A stretch of DNA of 64,000 bases from Candidatus Omnitrophota bacterium (GCA_016177405.1 JACOVG010000004.1:18674-82673), one strand, 5' to 3'. Shown: positions 24,110 through 35,776, counted from the stretch's first letter. Made by a program: numbers and translations. Notes: generated by a model from the sequence alone, not told the origin.

Positions 24110-24907
24110 TCAGAAGCTCCAGGTGAGGCCCGCGGTCGCGCGGAGATCCGGGCTCGCGTCGGTGAATCCGATCCCGATGCCGGCGTCCAGCGCCAGATGG
24201 GGCGAGAGATTGCAGATGAAGCCCGCGAGTCCCTCCAAAAGATCGTCGGAGGCCGCGGGATCGGAGTTGGTCTGGCCGATCAGCTCGGCCTCAAGGACCC
24301 ATCGCCGGTTGAGGGCATACTCGCCGGCCAGGCTGTAAGAGATGCTGTTGTCCTTGTCCGCCCCTTTGGGCTCTCCTGTCCAGGTGTAGCCGAGGTTCCC
24401 ATGGAGCGTGGCCTTTCCAAGCCTTTTGGAGCCGGAGAGGTAGAGACTGTAATCCCGCTCGCCGGTCCCCAGTCCCTTATCCTCGTTGCCGGAGGCGCTC
24501 TTCACCGACGCCGCCAGCGACAGGGCCGGATGGAGGGGGCCCTCCGGAAGAAATCCCCACTCCGGATAGAGAATAATGTCGCCGGGGCCGTCAACGTCCT
24601 GCTCGACAACCGGGTCCAGGAAGGTGTAGGGGGTCTCGACGCTTAACTCGAAACCCATCGGCAGTCCCACCCCGATGTCCAGGTTGAGGCTGGCCTGGCG
24701 GTCGCCGGTGTCCTGCTTGGTGTAGACCGCCCCGGCCGCCAGCGCGAAGGTTCCTTCCTCTAAGGTGTAGCCGTCCTCGGTGGAAAGGGGGCGGTTGGCG
24801 ACAAAGGCCTGGGCGGGATCCGGCAGGATCGCCGAAAGAAGGGCCGCGGCAGCCAGGAGGCGTTTCTTGAGGGGACAACTCATCGGCAGTTGATATAATA
24901 CCTTCAA
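24110..24907 (-). CDS. outer-membrane beta-barrel protein (MetA-pathway/transporter-like OMP family)
   Basis: Signal peptide, alternating amphipathic beta-strand pattern, and a C-terminal aromatic residue (LTWSF). Confidence 0.62.
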   Translation of the reverse strand: MKVLYQLPMSCPLKKRLLAAAALLSAILPDPAQAFVANRPLSTEDGYTLEEGTFALAAGAVYTKQDTGDRQASLNLDIGVGLPMGFELSVETPYTFLDPVVEQDVDGPGDIILYPEWGFLPEGPLHPALSLAASVKSASGNEDKGLGTGERDYSLYLSGSKRLGKATLHGNLGYTWTGEPKGADKDNSISYSLAGEYALNRRWVLEAELIGQTNSDPAASDDLLEGLAGFICNLSPHLALDAGIGIGFTDASPDLRATAGLTWSF

Positions 24908-24924
24908 ATCGAAAGGAGGCCAAC

Positions 24925-25032
24925 ATGGGCTGTGGAACCAGGAGCTGCGGATCGATGAAGAAGTCCTCTTGTTCGTCGGGGAAATCCAGGAAGGCGAAGC
25001 CTAAGAAGAGCGGCAAATCCCGCCGGAAGTAA
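24925..25032 (+). CDS. candidate small Cys/Lys-rich protein (35 aa)
   Basis: ATG preceded by AAAGGAGG at 6-nt spacing, read directly from the sequence. The product is MGCGTRSCGSMKKSSCSSGKSRKAKPKKSGKSRRK. It is below the size cut of the ORF track. Confidence 0.3.
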   Translation: MGCGTRSCGSMKKSSCSSGKSRKAKPKKSGKSRRK

Positions 25033-25038
25033 TTTAGC

Positions 25039-26293
25039 TTATCTTCGGCGCCACCTTTCCCTTCCGTGGCGCGGGGGGGCTCCGTGGCGCCCGGCAGAGC
25101 CGTGGGAAACAGCTCCGCGGTGCCGCTCTTCCTGGCCCCGCCGGTAGTTGAAGTGGGGCAGGGTCACCCGCGGCAGGGTCCGGTGGAGCGTCTGTTCGAT
25201 GTCGGCCACCAGCGGCTCCTCGATTTTGTCCATCAGGGTGAAGGCATCTCCCGTGGCCTCGGCCCGGGCGGTCCGGCCGATCCGGTGGATGTAGTCGTCG
25301 GGGCTGGCGGGCACATCAAAATTGATCACGTGGCTGATCTCCTCCACGTCGATGCCCCGCGCCGCGATGTCGGTGGCCACCATCACCTGCGTGTCGCCGT
25401 AGCGGAACCGGTCCAGCGCCTCCAGCCGCTGGCCCTGGCTGCGGTCCCCGTGCAGGACCGAAACCCGCAGGCCCCGCCTGGCCAGGTCGTGCGAGAGCCG
25501 CTCGGCGGACCGTTTGGTCCGGGCAAAAACCAGCACCGAGGTCATCTCCGCCCCCCGCAGGAGCTCCACCAGGAGATCCGTCTTCAGGTGGCGCGCCACC
25601 GGGTAGACGGCGTGCCGGATGCCGACGGCCGGCGACGAGCGCTGGCCGACCTGCACGGTGACCGGATGGCGGAGAAACTGATTCGCCAGCTTCAAGATCT
25701 CCGGCGGCATGGTGGCGGAGAACATCAGGCTCTGCCTCTTGGTGGGCAGCAGGTGGAGGATCTTCCCGATGTCCGGCAGGAAGCCCATGTCCAGCATCCG
25801 GTCGGCCTCGTCGAGCACCAGCACCTGCAGGTCCACGAAATCGATCCGCCCGGAGTAGATGTGGTCCAAGAGCCTCCCCGGTGTGGCCGAAATGATGTCC
25901 ACCCCCTTCTCCAGGGCCGAGATCTGCGGATTCATCGGGACCCCGCCGAAGATCGCCGCCCCTTTCAAATGAACGTAGCGGGAGAGGGCCTTCAGGTGGT
26001 CCATGGATTGAAGCGCCAGCTCCCGGGTCGGGGCGATGATCAGGGCCCGCGGGTGCTTGCCGCTTTTGCCGGCAAGCAGCTGGTGAAGGATGGGCAGCAC
26101 GAAGGCGGCGGTCTTTCCCGTTCCGGTCTGGGCGCAGCCGATCAGATCCCGGCCCTCCAGAATCAGGGGAATGGCCTGCGCCTGGATCGGGGTGGGATGG
26201 AGAAATCCGAGATCGTGGATTCCCTTCAAGAGGTTGGGGTGAAGATTCAGCGCCTCGAACCGGGTCTTCCCTTCCTCCGCTTCCATAGGGGTA

Positions 26294-26304
<11 letters not shown>
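25039..26304 (-). CDS. DEAD-box ATP-dependent RNA helicase
   Basis: Q-motif, AQTGTGKTAAF (motif I), DEAD, SAT and HRIGRTARA (motif VI). Confidence 0.92.
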
Positions 26305-28120
<1,816 letters not shown>

Positions 28121-28134
28121 GGAGAGCGCCGGCT

Positions 28135-29880
28135 TCACACCCAGCCGATGCGGGCGGCCTCCGGCGGCTTTTCCGGGAAGAGGGCAAGCATCGGATCGTT
28201 CATCTCGTAAAAGGAGGGGGGCTCGCAGGTCCACCCCTCTTTCAGGCGCTGGTCCTCCTGGCGCAGCTTGGCCAGGACGAATCGCCCGGCCAGGGGGGCG
28301 GCCAGCTTGGCCTTCCAGCCGATCTCCCGCTGGATCTCGTTCAAAAGAGCCGTGAGCTTCCGACAGAGCTCCGGCCGGCTCTTCCGGTACCAGCTCGCGG
28401 CCGCCCAGAGCATCGCGGGAAAGGTCACCTTCAGCTCTCTCGCCTCCCAGGCGAACCGGGCGCGGATTCTTTTGTCCGGATGGTTCTTGTACTTCCGCCG
28501 ACCTTTGAGGAGGGTGCGCGCGATCCGCAGGATGCTCGGGCCGTTGGTCTGAAAATCGCGCTCAAAGGCCTCGATGAGAAATTGGGTCTCCTCCCCCTTT
28601 TGAAGGTGGGGGTGCTTGTAATTGAACGTAAACTGCCCGTGGATGTCCGCGTCGTCGTACTCGCCCGGTTTGAGCAGCGCCCCCTTGGCCAGAAGCTCCG
28701 CGTGAAGGGGGGTGCCCGGGATGGGGGTGTAGAGCATGAACTGATGGAAATCGGTCTCGTGGCTTATGGAGTACTCGATGGCCTCCCGGAGGTTTTCCGA
28801 GGTGTGCTCCTCCAGCCCGATGATGCTCGAGCCCAGGACGCGGATGCCGTTGGCCTGGAGCTTCTGAATGAGGGAAAGGGTGTCTACCCCCTTCAGCTTC
28901 ACGTACTGGCTGCTCTTGCCCTCCAGCCCCATCCACACCCACGAAATCCCCAGCCCCACCAACTGCTCGATGGTGTAGGACTGCAGAACCCTCGCCGAGC
29001 TGAAGACGTACAGGGACCAGGATTTGCCGTGCTCCTCCATCAGCGCCAAGAGCCGCAGGGCCCGCTGGCGGTGCAGGAGGAAGTTCTCATCCATGACAAA
29101 GAAGGAGCGCACCTCCATCTGGGTTTCAAGCCCCTCCATGATGCGGAACAGCTCGTCTCCCGTTTCGTAAAAGTTGACGAATTTGCCCTTGCCCCCGAAC
29201 ATCGCGGAGGTCGCGCAGAAGTTGCACCCCATGGGACAGCCGACGGACGGGATCAGCGTGGCGGCCACCTCGCCCTTCTTCTTTCTCACCTCCAGGCCCA
29301 TCGCCCGGGTCTTGACCGCGGAAAGGATCAGGGCGTGCCGGATGGGCCGGTCCACCTGCTCTCCCAAGAAGCGGCGGAACCAACGGACCCCCTCTCCCCG
29401 GATGATGTGGTCCGCGTCTATCCGTTTTTCCAGCCCCGGGGCGTTGGCGATGTGCCCCCCCACAACGATCGCCGCCTGGGGCAGATGCTCCCGGATGAGG
29501 CGGCACATCTTCTGAACCTTGCCGATGTTGGGCATGATCGCGCTGATCCCCACGACGTCGTAGGGATGCTCGCGGATCTCCTGGATGAAACGGTCCAGCG
29601 TTGGGAAGTCCAGCAGGGCGCAGGGGGCGTTGACGTTGGCCTGGATCATCATCAGCCCCCAGGAGCGGTGAAACATCCGCAGGGAAAACGGCCCCTGCGT
29701 GCGCGTGACCTGGTTGTGGTAAAGCTCCATCGGGTTGATGGAGCGGCTGCCGTACTCGTCGTCCCGCGCGTAAGGCCCGAAGACGCTGGAAAGCAGGACC
29801 CTGGCCCTCCCTCCCAGGGGATGGACCGCCTCTTCCTCTTTTTTTTCCGCTTCCGCTATCGTGCCGACGCCGTCATTCAT
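28135..29880 (-). CDS. B12-binding radical SAM protein (class B rSAM), paralog 2
   Basis: Cobalamin-binding N-domain (AIVVGGHIA) and CPMGCNFC radical SAM motif. Blocks are shared with the paralog at 13364-14974 (for example [28 protein letters not shown] versus SSVKALSQYSLTELLEMGISGVWMGYEG). The ATG at 29880 has GGAGAG upstream; the track start is a TTG. Confidence 0.8.
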   Translation of the reverse strand: MNDGVGTIAEAEKKEEEAVHPLGGRARVLLSSVFGPYARDDEYGSRSINPMELYHNQVTRTQGPFSLRMFHRSWGLMMIQANVNAPCALLDFPTLDRFIQEIREHPYDVVGISAIMPNIGKVQKMCRLIREHLPQAAIVVGGHIANAPGLEKRIDADHIIRGEGVRWFRRFLGEQVDRPIRHALILSAVKTRAMGLEVRKKKGEVAATLIPSVGCPMGCNFCATSAMFGGKGKFVNFYETGDELFRIMEGLETQMEVRSFFVMDENFLLHRQRALRLLALMEEHGKSWSLYVFSSARVLQSYTIEQLVGLGISWVWMGLEGKSSQYVKLKGVDTLSLIQKLQANGIRVLGSSIIGLEEHTSENLREAIEYSISHETDFHQFMLYTPIPGTPLHAELLAKGALLKPGEYDDADIHGQFTFNYKHPHLQKGEETQFLIEAFERDFQTNGPSILRIARTLLKGRRKYKNHPDKRIRARFAWEARELKVTFPAMLWAAASWYRKSRPELCRKLTALLNEIQREIGWKAKLAAPLAGRFVLAKLRQEDQRLKEGWTCEPPSFYEMNDPMLALFPEKPPEAARIGWV

Positions 29881-29966
29881 GCCGCTCTCCAAGTGGACCT
29901 TAAAAAGAGCGCAGGCCCAAGAGCGCTCCTGGGCCTGCGCCAAACAACCGGTAAGGGTTTACGACC

Positions 29967-30182
29967 TCACGCGGCAACCGGGGAAAGCCGCTTCACGTTG
30001 GAAGCCTGCTCGCCCTTGGGACCCGTGGTGATCTCGAACTCCACGGATTCCCCGTCGCGGAGCGTCTTGAAACCGTCCGCCTGGACCGCCGAGAAGTGGA
30101 CGAAGACGTCCTTTCCATTCTCCGGGGTGATGAATCCGTACCCCTTCTGGTCGCTGAACCACTTGACTGTACCTTTAACCAT
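29967..30182 (-). CDS. cspA: cold-shock protein CspA family
   Basis: RNP1/RNP2 motifs ([21 protein letters not shown]), about 71 aa, and a long structured 5' UTR typical of csp genes. Confidence 0.9.
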   Translation of the reverse strand: MVKGTVKWFSDQKGYGFITPENGKDVFVHFSAVQADGFKTLRDGESVEFEITTGPKGEQASNVKRLSPVAA

Positions 30183-30397
30183 TCTATGTTTGGATAACCT
30201 TCCTTTCTTCTGCGGCACTCAATGAAGGAGACCATACAAACAGAAACGACTGCCGCTTAAGTAAGAGCTGGCAGTCGCCGAATTTCTCTGTTCTCTGAAA
30301 TCCCTACACAGCCGTTTCACACTTACTTAACTACAAGGGCGTATTCTACCCCTCCCCGTCGGAGAAGTCAAGGGAATAGTTCCCCTTCCGCCCAAGT

Positions 30398-30625
30398 TCA
30401 CGGGTGGGGAAGAATCTCCACCAGCTTCTGCCGGCTCTTTGCGCCGCGGACAATCGCCACCAATCGCCTGGGCAGGCCAAAATGCTCCGCCAGCGCCTCG
30501 ATGACGGCCGCGTTGGCCCGCCCCTCGTCCGCCGGCTCGGTGACCTTGACCCGCAGGCTTCCGTCCGGGGCCTCCTCGACGGCCCTTTGCCGGGCCCGCG
30601 GGATCACCCTTACCTGGATCCGCAT
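30398..30625 (-). CDS. DUF167/YggU-family protein
   Basis: The MRIQVRVIPRA...DGSLRVKVTEP...GRANAAVIEALAE pattern of UPF0235 proteins, about 75 aa. Confidence 0.65.
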   Translation of the reverse strand: MRIQVRVIPRARQRAVEEAPDGSLRVKVTEPADEGRANAAVIEALAEHFGLPRRLVAIVRGAKSRQKLVEILPHP

Positions 30626-30855
30626 GCCAGAAGCGCTTTTTTCTCGGGGCGCCATCCTTTGATCTCGGCCTCCCGCTTGAGCGCGGACGTCCGGCCGGGA
30701 TGGGGTTCCTGGAAGAGGAGCTTAACGGGCCGCTTGGCGCGCGTGCAGGCGCCGCCCTTGCCGGCGTTGTGCTCCTTAAGGCGCCGGTTCACGTCGGTGG
30801 TCACGCCGGTGTAGAGAGAGCCGTCGCGGCAGCGCAGAATATAAACGAACCACAT
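30610..30855 (-). CDS. GIY-YIG nuclease superfamily protein (UPF0213/YhbQ-like)
   Basis: GIY-YIG core VYILRCRDGSLYTGVTTDVNRRLKEHN and about 81 aa. Confidence 0.72.
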   Translation of the reverse strand: MWFVYILRCRDGSLYTGVTTDVNRRLKEHNAGKGGACTRAKRPVKLLFQEPHPGRTSALKREAEIKGWRPEKKALLACGSR

Positions 30856-30934
30856 AGTAGTGGGAGGCGTTACTGGCCGTGCCATGCTGATCCAACCTGC
30901 CTGGCACCCACAGTAACGCCTCCTATTTTGGGAT

Positions 30935-31117
30935 GTACCGTGCACTAGAAACTTGGAGGTCCTGCAACACTCCTGGCCGTCGTGTTACAGGATTTTTCTT
31001 GTACCGTGCACCTAAAGGTGCACTAAAAACATAGAGGTCCTGCAACACTCCTGATCGTCGTGTTACAGGATTTTTCTTGAACCGTGCGCTATTCGCGCAC
31101 TAAAAACATAGAGGTAA
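30935..31117. repeat. tandem 66-79 bp repeats (2.5 copies), each carrying a terminator-like hairpin and GTGCAC palindromes
   Basis: Units start at 30935, 31001 and 31080. Each contains tcctgcaacac-N11-gtgttacagga followed by TTTTTCTT, an 11-bp stem with one mismatch, plus a gtgcac-N5-gtgcac hairpin. They lie immediately 3' of tRNA-Gln. Confidence 0.6.
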
Positions 31118-31188
31118 CTGCCCCGCTAGGACTCGAACCTAGACAAGCAGATCCAGAATCTGCTGTGCTACCATTACACCACAGGGCA
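31118..31188 (-). tRNA. tRNA-Gln (anticodon CUG)
   Basis: Manual fold. Acceptor stem UGCCCUG/CGGGGCA, anticodon stem GCAGA/UCUGC with loop UUCUGGA, T-arm CUAGG-UUCGAGU-CCUAG, and discriminator G. CCA is not encoded. Confidence 0.78.
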
Positions 31189-31288
31189 GTTTCATCTAAG
31201 TTTCTAGTGCACGATAGTGCACAGTACAAGAAGAATCCCGCATAGCGGGATACATCATTATAAGGGATAATGCGGGGGGGCGCCTAGA

Positions 31289-32062
31289 TTGAACTATTTC
31301 CTCGTGGGGGTGGCCGCGGCGGCCGCGGCGGGGCTCACGCTGGCCTCGGGCTTCGGGCTGGCGACCCTCCTGATGCCGGTGCTGGCCCTCTTTTTTCCGG
31401 TGTCGGAGGCGATCGCCCTAACAGCGGTGGTTCACCTCCTCAACAATCTCTTCAAGCTTCTCCTCCTGGGCCGGCATACCCGCTATCCGATCGTCCTTAA
31501 GTTTGGGATACCGGCTTTGGCCAGCGCGGTCCTCGGGGCTTGGGCCCTGGTGGAGCTGTCCAAGATTCCCTCCTTAGCGGTTTACCACTTCCTGGGAATG
31601 GAACGGGTGATCTCGCCAGTCAAGTGCGTGATCGCGCTGCTGATGGCCGGGTTTGGCCTGCTGGAGATCCTGCCCCGATGGCAGGCCTTTTCCTTTCAAC
31701 CGAAGTACCTCCCCCTGGGAGGAGTTTTGTCCGGTTTCTTCGGGGGGCTCTCCGGGCACCAGGGGGCCTTTCGGAGCGCCTTCCTGGCGAAGTGCGGCTT
31801 GACGACGGAGGGCTTCCTGGGGACGGGTGTGGCGATCGCCATCCTGATTGACTTGGCCCGGATTCCGGTTTACCTGGGGCACCTGGGCACCTTTGATGGA
31901 GGCCAAAGCGGTCCGATTCTGGTTTTGGCTACGGTGTCGGCCTTTGCCGGAAGCTGGATCGGTTTTCGTCTGGCCAGGAGACTCACGATCCAGACGGTTC
32001 AGAGGGGGGTGGCCTTTTTTCTCTTTCTGATCGCGGCCGCGCTGGCCAGCGGGTTGATCTAA
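31289..32062 (+). CDS. TauE/SafE (DUF81) family anion permease, second copy
   Basis: Polytopic membrane protein with a Gly-rich DUF81 repeat (GFFGGLSGHQGAF). It starts at a TTG. Confidence 0.75.
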   Translation: MNYFLVGVAAAAAAGLTLASGFGLATLLMPVLALFFPVSEAIALTAVVHLLNNLFKLLLLGRHTRYPIVLKFGIPALASAVLGAWALVELSKIPSLAVYHFLGMERVISPVKCVIALLMAGFGLLEILPRWQAFSFQPKYLPLGGVLSGFFGGLSGHQGAFRSAFLAKCGLTTEGFLGTGVAIAILIDLARIPVYLGHLGTFDGGQSGPILVLATVSAFAGSWIGFRLARRLTIQTVQRGVAFFLFLIAAALASGLI

Positions 32063-33354
32063 GCGGCGAGGGAGCCGGCGGCGAGGCGGAGGCGGCGAAG
32101 GGCGCGGTCGCGGCCGGCCACCGCCAGGACGTGAAAGAGGGAAGGCCCCACCGAGCGGCCGGTGACCGCCACCCGGGCCGGGTGGATGAGCTCGGCGGCC
32201 TTCGCCTTAAGCTCATCGGCCAGCCCTCGGCAGGCCGACTCGATGGCGGCGGCGTCCCAGGCGGGGAGCTTCTCCAGCCGGTCGGCAAAGGCGGTCAGGC
32301 GCTGGGCTGTTCCCGGGAGTTTTAAGCGGAGGCGGACCGCTTCCTCATCGTAAGGGACTTCATCGGTGAAGAGGCCTTGGGCTTGGCGGCAGAGATCTTC
32401 CACCGTCTCGGCCCGATCCTTGTAAAGCTGAACCACCTCCGCCATCCAGACAGGGTCCAGACTCTCTTTCCACCAGCCGCGCTCCTTCAGCGCCTGCTGA
32501 ACCAGAGGCAGCAGGGTCTCGAGGGAGGCGGCCTTCAGGTACTGGCTGTTCATCCAGGAGAATTTCTTCAGGTCGAAGATGGCGCCGGTCTTTCCCACCT
32601 TGGCCAGGTCGAAGGTCTTGATCAGCTCGTCGAGGGAGAGGATCTCCCGGTCATCCCCAGGCGACCAGCCCAGGAGGGCCAGGAAATTGACCACCGCCTC
32701 CGGAAGATAGCCGAGCTTCTGGTAGTCGTTCAGGTTCGTCGCGCCGTGGCGCTTGGAAAGCCGCGAGCGGTCGGTTCCGAGAATCAAGGGGATGTGGGCG
32801 AACTTCGGGGGCGTGAGCTTGAGCGCCCGGTAAAGAAGAAGCTGTTTGGGGCTGTTGGAGATGTGGTCGTCGCCCCGGATCACATGGGTGATCTTGAAGT
32901 CGGAGTCGTCCACGACACAGGCGAAGTTGTAGGTCGGCATGCCGTCGGATTTGATCAGGACCTGATCCTTGATCTCCAGGGTGTTCACCTCGATCGCGCC
33001 GTGGACCAGATCCTCCAGGCGGATCACCTCGCCCGGGGTCACCTTGAAGAGGATCGCCTGCCCCTCCGGGTAGGCGGCTCCTTCCGAAAGGAGCTTTTCG
33101 GCGAGCGTCCGGTAGCGCTCCAAGCGCTTGCTTTGAAACTCCACCTCGCCGTCCCAGGCAAGCCCCAGCCATTTGAGCGAGGCGAGAATCTCATCCAAAA
33201 ACTCCGGTTTGGAGCGGACGGCGTCGGTGTCCTCGATCCTTAGGAGGAATTCCCCCTTCTCGTGGCGGGCGAAGAGCCAGTTGAACAAGGCCGTGCGGGC
33301 CGAACCCACATGGAGAAAGCCGGTGGGGCTGGGGGCGAACCGGGCGCGGATCAT
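32059..33354 (-). CDS. gltX: glutamate--tRNA ligase
   Basis: Class I HIGH (PSPTGFLHVGSARTALFNW) and KMSKS-type (LSKRHG) motifs. 431 aa. Confidence 0.9.
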   Translation of the reverse strand: MIRARFAPSPTGFLHVGSARTALFNWLFARHEKGEFLLRIEDTDAVRSKPEFLDEILASLKWLGLAWDGEVEFQSKRLERYRTLAEKLLSEGAAYPEGQAILFKVTPGEVIRLEDLVHGAIEVNTLEIKDQVLIKSDGMPTYNFACVVDDSDFKITHVIRGDDHISNSPKQLLLYRALKLTPPKFAHIPLILGTDRSRLSKRHGATNLNDYQKLGYLPEAVVNFLALLGWSPGDDREILSLDELIKTFDLAKVGKTGAIFDLKKFSWMNSQYLKAASLETLLPLVQQALKERGWWKESLDPVWMAEVVQLYKDRAETVEDLCRQAQGLFTDEVPYDEEAVRLRLKLPGTAQRLTAFADRLEKLPAWDAAAIESACRGLADELKAKAAELIHPARVAVTGRSVGPSLFHVLAVAGRDRALRRLRLAAGSLAA

Positions 33355-33357
33355 CGG

Positions 33358-33648
33358 CTATTCATCGCCCTCCACCTTGTAGTCGCCGGAGTTGGCCTCC
33401 CGAAGGCGCTCGCGCACCTCGTCGAAGAGGCGGGTCTCCAGCTTGCCGCCGGAGGACTTCACCAGCACCTCCACCTTTTTGGCGGCCGCCTCCAGGGATT
33501 TGGCACATTCCTTCACCAGGGCCACCCCTTCCTCAAACTGCTTGAGCCTTGTCTCCAGCGGCAGATCGGAGCCCTGCATCTCTTCCACAATCGCCTCCAA
33601 ACGCTCCAGGGAATGCTCGAAAGAACCCTTTGCCGATTTCGTGGCCAT
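33358..33648 (-). CDS. xseB: exodeoxyribonuclease VII small subunit
   Basis: About 96 aa and a helical XseB signature (FEHSLERLEAIVEEMQGSDLPLE). Confidence 0.88.
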   Translation of the reverse strand: MATKSAKGSFEHSLERLEAIVEEMQGSDLPLETRLKQFEEGVALVKECAKSLEAAAKKVEVLVKSSGGKLETRLFDEVRERLREANSGDYKVEGDE

Positions 33649-33650
33649 GG

Positions 33651-34979
33651 TTATCTCCCTTTCTCCACGCGGCTGGTTAGTTCCCCGCGAAGAAGCTTTG
33701 TTTTGATGAGGTCTCCGGGGCTTACCGCTTGGGCCGATTTCAGGATCCGGCCCTTGGCGTCAAAGGTGATCGAATAGCCCCGCGCGAGGACCGCCAGGGG
33801 GCTTAGGGCGTTCAGGCGGCCGGCCAGCCCCAGAAAGCGGGAGGTCAGCTGTTCCAGCCCGCGGGCCATTCCGCTCTCCAGGGAATGATGGAGGCGGGTC
33901 AGCCGCTCCGCCTGATGGAGAATGACCGCCTGGGGCGAATAGGACAGCAGTTGGCTTTGCAGAATCCGGATCCGGTGGGCGGCGGTCAGCAGGGGCTCTT
34001 GAAGGCTCTCAATTAGGGAATCCCTTGAATCCTCCAGGCCCTCCGTAAGCTCGCCCAGCCACTCTTCCAGTTCGGTGAAAGCCTTGTCGTCCAGGACCGC
34101 CGTAAGCCGGTCCAGGCAATCCTTGCGCCGGGCCAAGACCATCTCCGCCGCGTGGGTGGGGGTGGGGGCGCGCAGGTCCGCGGCCAAATCCGAGATCGTC
34201 ACATCCTTCTCGTGGCCGACCGCCGAGATCACCGGAATCCGGGAAGCCGCGACGGCGCGGGCCACCACCTCCTCGTTGAAGGCCCAGAGGTCCTCCAGCG
34301 AGCCCCCGCCCCGGCCCACGATGACGAGGTCCAGCCCCTCGAAGGCATTGAGCTCCCGGATCCCCTGGGCGACCGCCTCGGCCGCGCCATCCCCCTGCAC
34401 CCGGACCGGCCTCAAGTAAACCTGAACCCTGCCGCGAAGGAGCTTGAGCATATCCTCTATGGCGGCCCCGGTGGGGGAGGTGACGATCCCGACCCGTTCC
34501 GGAAAGGCCGGCAGGGGGCGCTTGCGCTCGTCGGCAAAGAGCCCCTCCTTCTGGAGCCGTTCCTTAAGCTGCTCAAAGGCAAGCTGAAGCGCCCCGATCC
34601 CTTTGGGCTCGAGGTGCTCCACGTAAAGCTGGCAGTCGCCGCGGGGTGGATAGAGGCTGATCTTGCCCAGACACACGACCTTGAGCCCGTGCTCCAGGTT
34701 GAAGCGGAGTCTCTCGCGGGCGGGCCGCCACATCACGCACTTGATCAGGGCGTCGGAATCCTTCAGGGAAAAGTAGAGGTGCCCCTTGGTGGAGATGGTC
34801 GGCTGGGAGATCTCCCCCTCCACCCAGACCGCCTGGAAGCTTTCCTCCAGGAGGGTCTGGATTTTCCGGGTGAGCTCCGAGACGGTCAGGATCTTGCGCT
34901 CGTCCGGGGGAGGAATCTCCTCCGGGGCAAGCTCCGGATTGGCGAAGGAATCTTTCAGCAGGTAGCGCCGGGTGGGCAC
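33651..34979 (-). CDS. xseA: exodeoxyribonuclease VII large subunit
   Basis: N-terminal OB fold (LTVSELTRKIQTLLEESFQAVWVEGEISQP) and catalytic domain. A GTG at 34979 lies 4 nt after the ymdB stop, whereas the track ATG at 35051 would overlap ymdB by 68 nt. Confidence 0.82.
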   Translation of the reverse strand: MPTRRYLLKDSFANPELAPEEIPPPDERKILTVSELTRKIQTLLEESFQAVWVEGEISQPTISTKGHLYFSLKDSDALIKCVMWRPARERLRFNLEHGLKVVCLGKISLYPPRGDCQLYVEHLEPKGIGALQLAFEQLKERLQKEGLFADERKRPLPAFPERVGIVTSPTGAAIEDMLKLLRGRVQVYLRPVRVQGDGAAEAVAQGIRELNAFEGLDLVIVGRGGGSLEDLWAFNEEVVARAVAASRIPVISAVGHEKDVTISDLAADLRAPTPTHAAEMVLARRKDCLDRLTAVLDDKAFTELEEWLGELTEGLEDSRDSLIESLQEPLLTAAHRIRILQSQLLSYSPQAVILHQAERLTRLHHSLESGMARGLEQLTSRFLGLAGRLNALSPLAVLARGYSITFDAKGRILKSAQAVSPGDLIKTKLLRGELTSRVEKGR

Positions 34980-34983
34980 GCGA

Positions 34984-35772
34984 TCAGCTCCCGAAGGACT
35001 CCTGGACTCTTTCGATGGAGAGGGCGCGGCCGGTCGCGGGGTCCACCTCAACCACCGCCCCGCAGAGCTTGACGTTGCCGTCGGCCACGTCGAAGCGGCT
35101 GGGCATGCCGGTCAGGAACTTCTCCATCACCGGCTCCACCTTGCGGCCGATCACCGAGTCGTAAGGGCCGGTCATTCCCAGATCGGTGAGGTAGGCCGTC
35201 CCCTTGGGGAGGATCCTCTCGTCGGCCGTCTGGATGTGGGTGTGGGTGCCCACGACGGCGCTCACCTTGCCGTCCAGGAACCAGCCCATCACCACCTTCT
35301 CGGAGGTGGCCTCGCCGTGCATGTCCACGATCACAATCGGAGTGGTTTTCCGGAGCTCCTCGGCCAGGCGCTCTCCGGCCCGGAAGGGGTCGTCCAGGGC
35401 GTCCACCCCCATGAAGACCCGGCCCAGGAGGTTGATCACCCCGACCTTCACCTTGTTCTTGGCCTCGTAGAGGTACGATCCGAAACCCGGCGTCCTTTTG
35501 GGGTAGTTGGCCGGCTTCAGGAGCCGGGGCTCGGCATCCATGAAGGGGCCGATCTCCCGATAACGCCAGATGTGCTGGCCGCTGGTCATCATGTCCACGG
35601 TGGCCAGCAGTTCCTGGGCGGTCTTGGGGGTGACACCGGCGCCGCCGGCGATGTTCTCGCAGTTGGCGATGGTGAAATCTATCTTGTGGCGGACCTTCAG
35701 AATCGGGACCAGGGCCTTCACCGCGTCCCGTCCCGGCGCCCCCACCACATCCCCGACGATTAGGATCTTCAT
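34984..35772 (-). CDS. ymdB: YmdB-like metallophosphoesterase (TIGR00282 family)
   Basis: MKILIVGDVVG and GNHE-type metal ligands; about 262 aa. Confidence 0.85.
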   Translation of the reverse strand: MKILIVGDVVGAPGRDAVKALVPILKVRHKIDFTIANCENIAGGAGVTPKTAQELLATVDMMTSGQHIWRYREIGPFMDAEPRLLKPANYPKRTPGFGSYLYEAKNKVKVGVINLLGRVFMGVDALDDPFRAGERLAEELRKTTPIVIVDMHGEATSEKVVMGWFLDGKVSAVVGTHTHIQTADERILPKGTAYLTDLGMTGPYDSVIGRKVEPVMEKFLTGMPSRFDVADGNVKLCGAVVEVDPATGRALSIERVQESFGS

Positions 35773-35776
35773 TTTA

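Noticed and set aside
29959-30235. Overlapping ORFs around cspA (29959-30162, 29993-30235)
   Set aside because: They are alternative frames of the cspA locus. Only the frame with RNP1/RNP2 cold-shock motifs is credible.
30935-31117. Possible CRISPR array
   Set aside because: Only 2.5 direct repeats of 66-79 bp are present, with no unique spacers. The units are hairpin/terminator-like, and no cas genes are in the window.
31118-31288. Integrative element at tRNA-Gln (repeats flanking a tRNA)
   Set aside because: No integrase, excisionase or direct repeat of the tRNA 3' end is nearby. Flanking genes are housekeeping, so this is recorded only as a structured repeat region.
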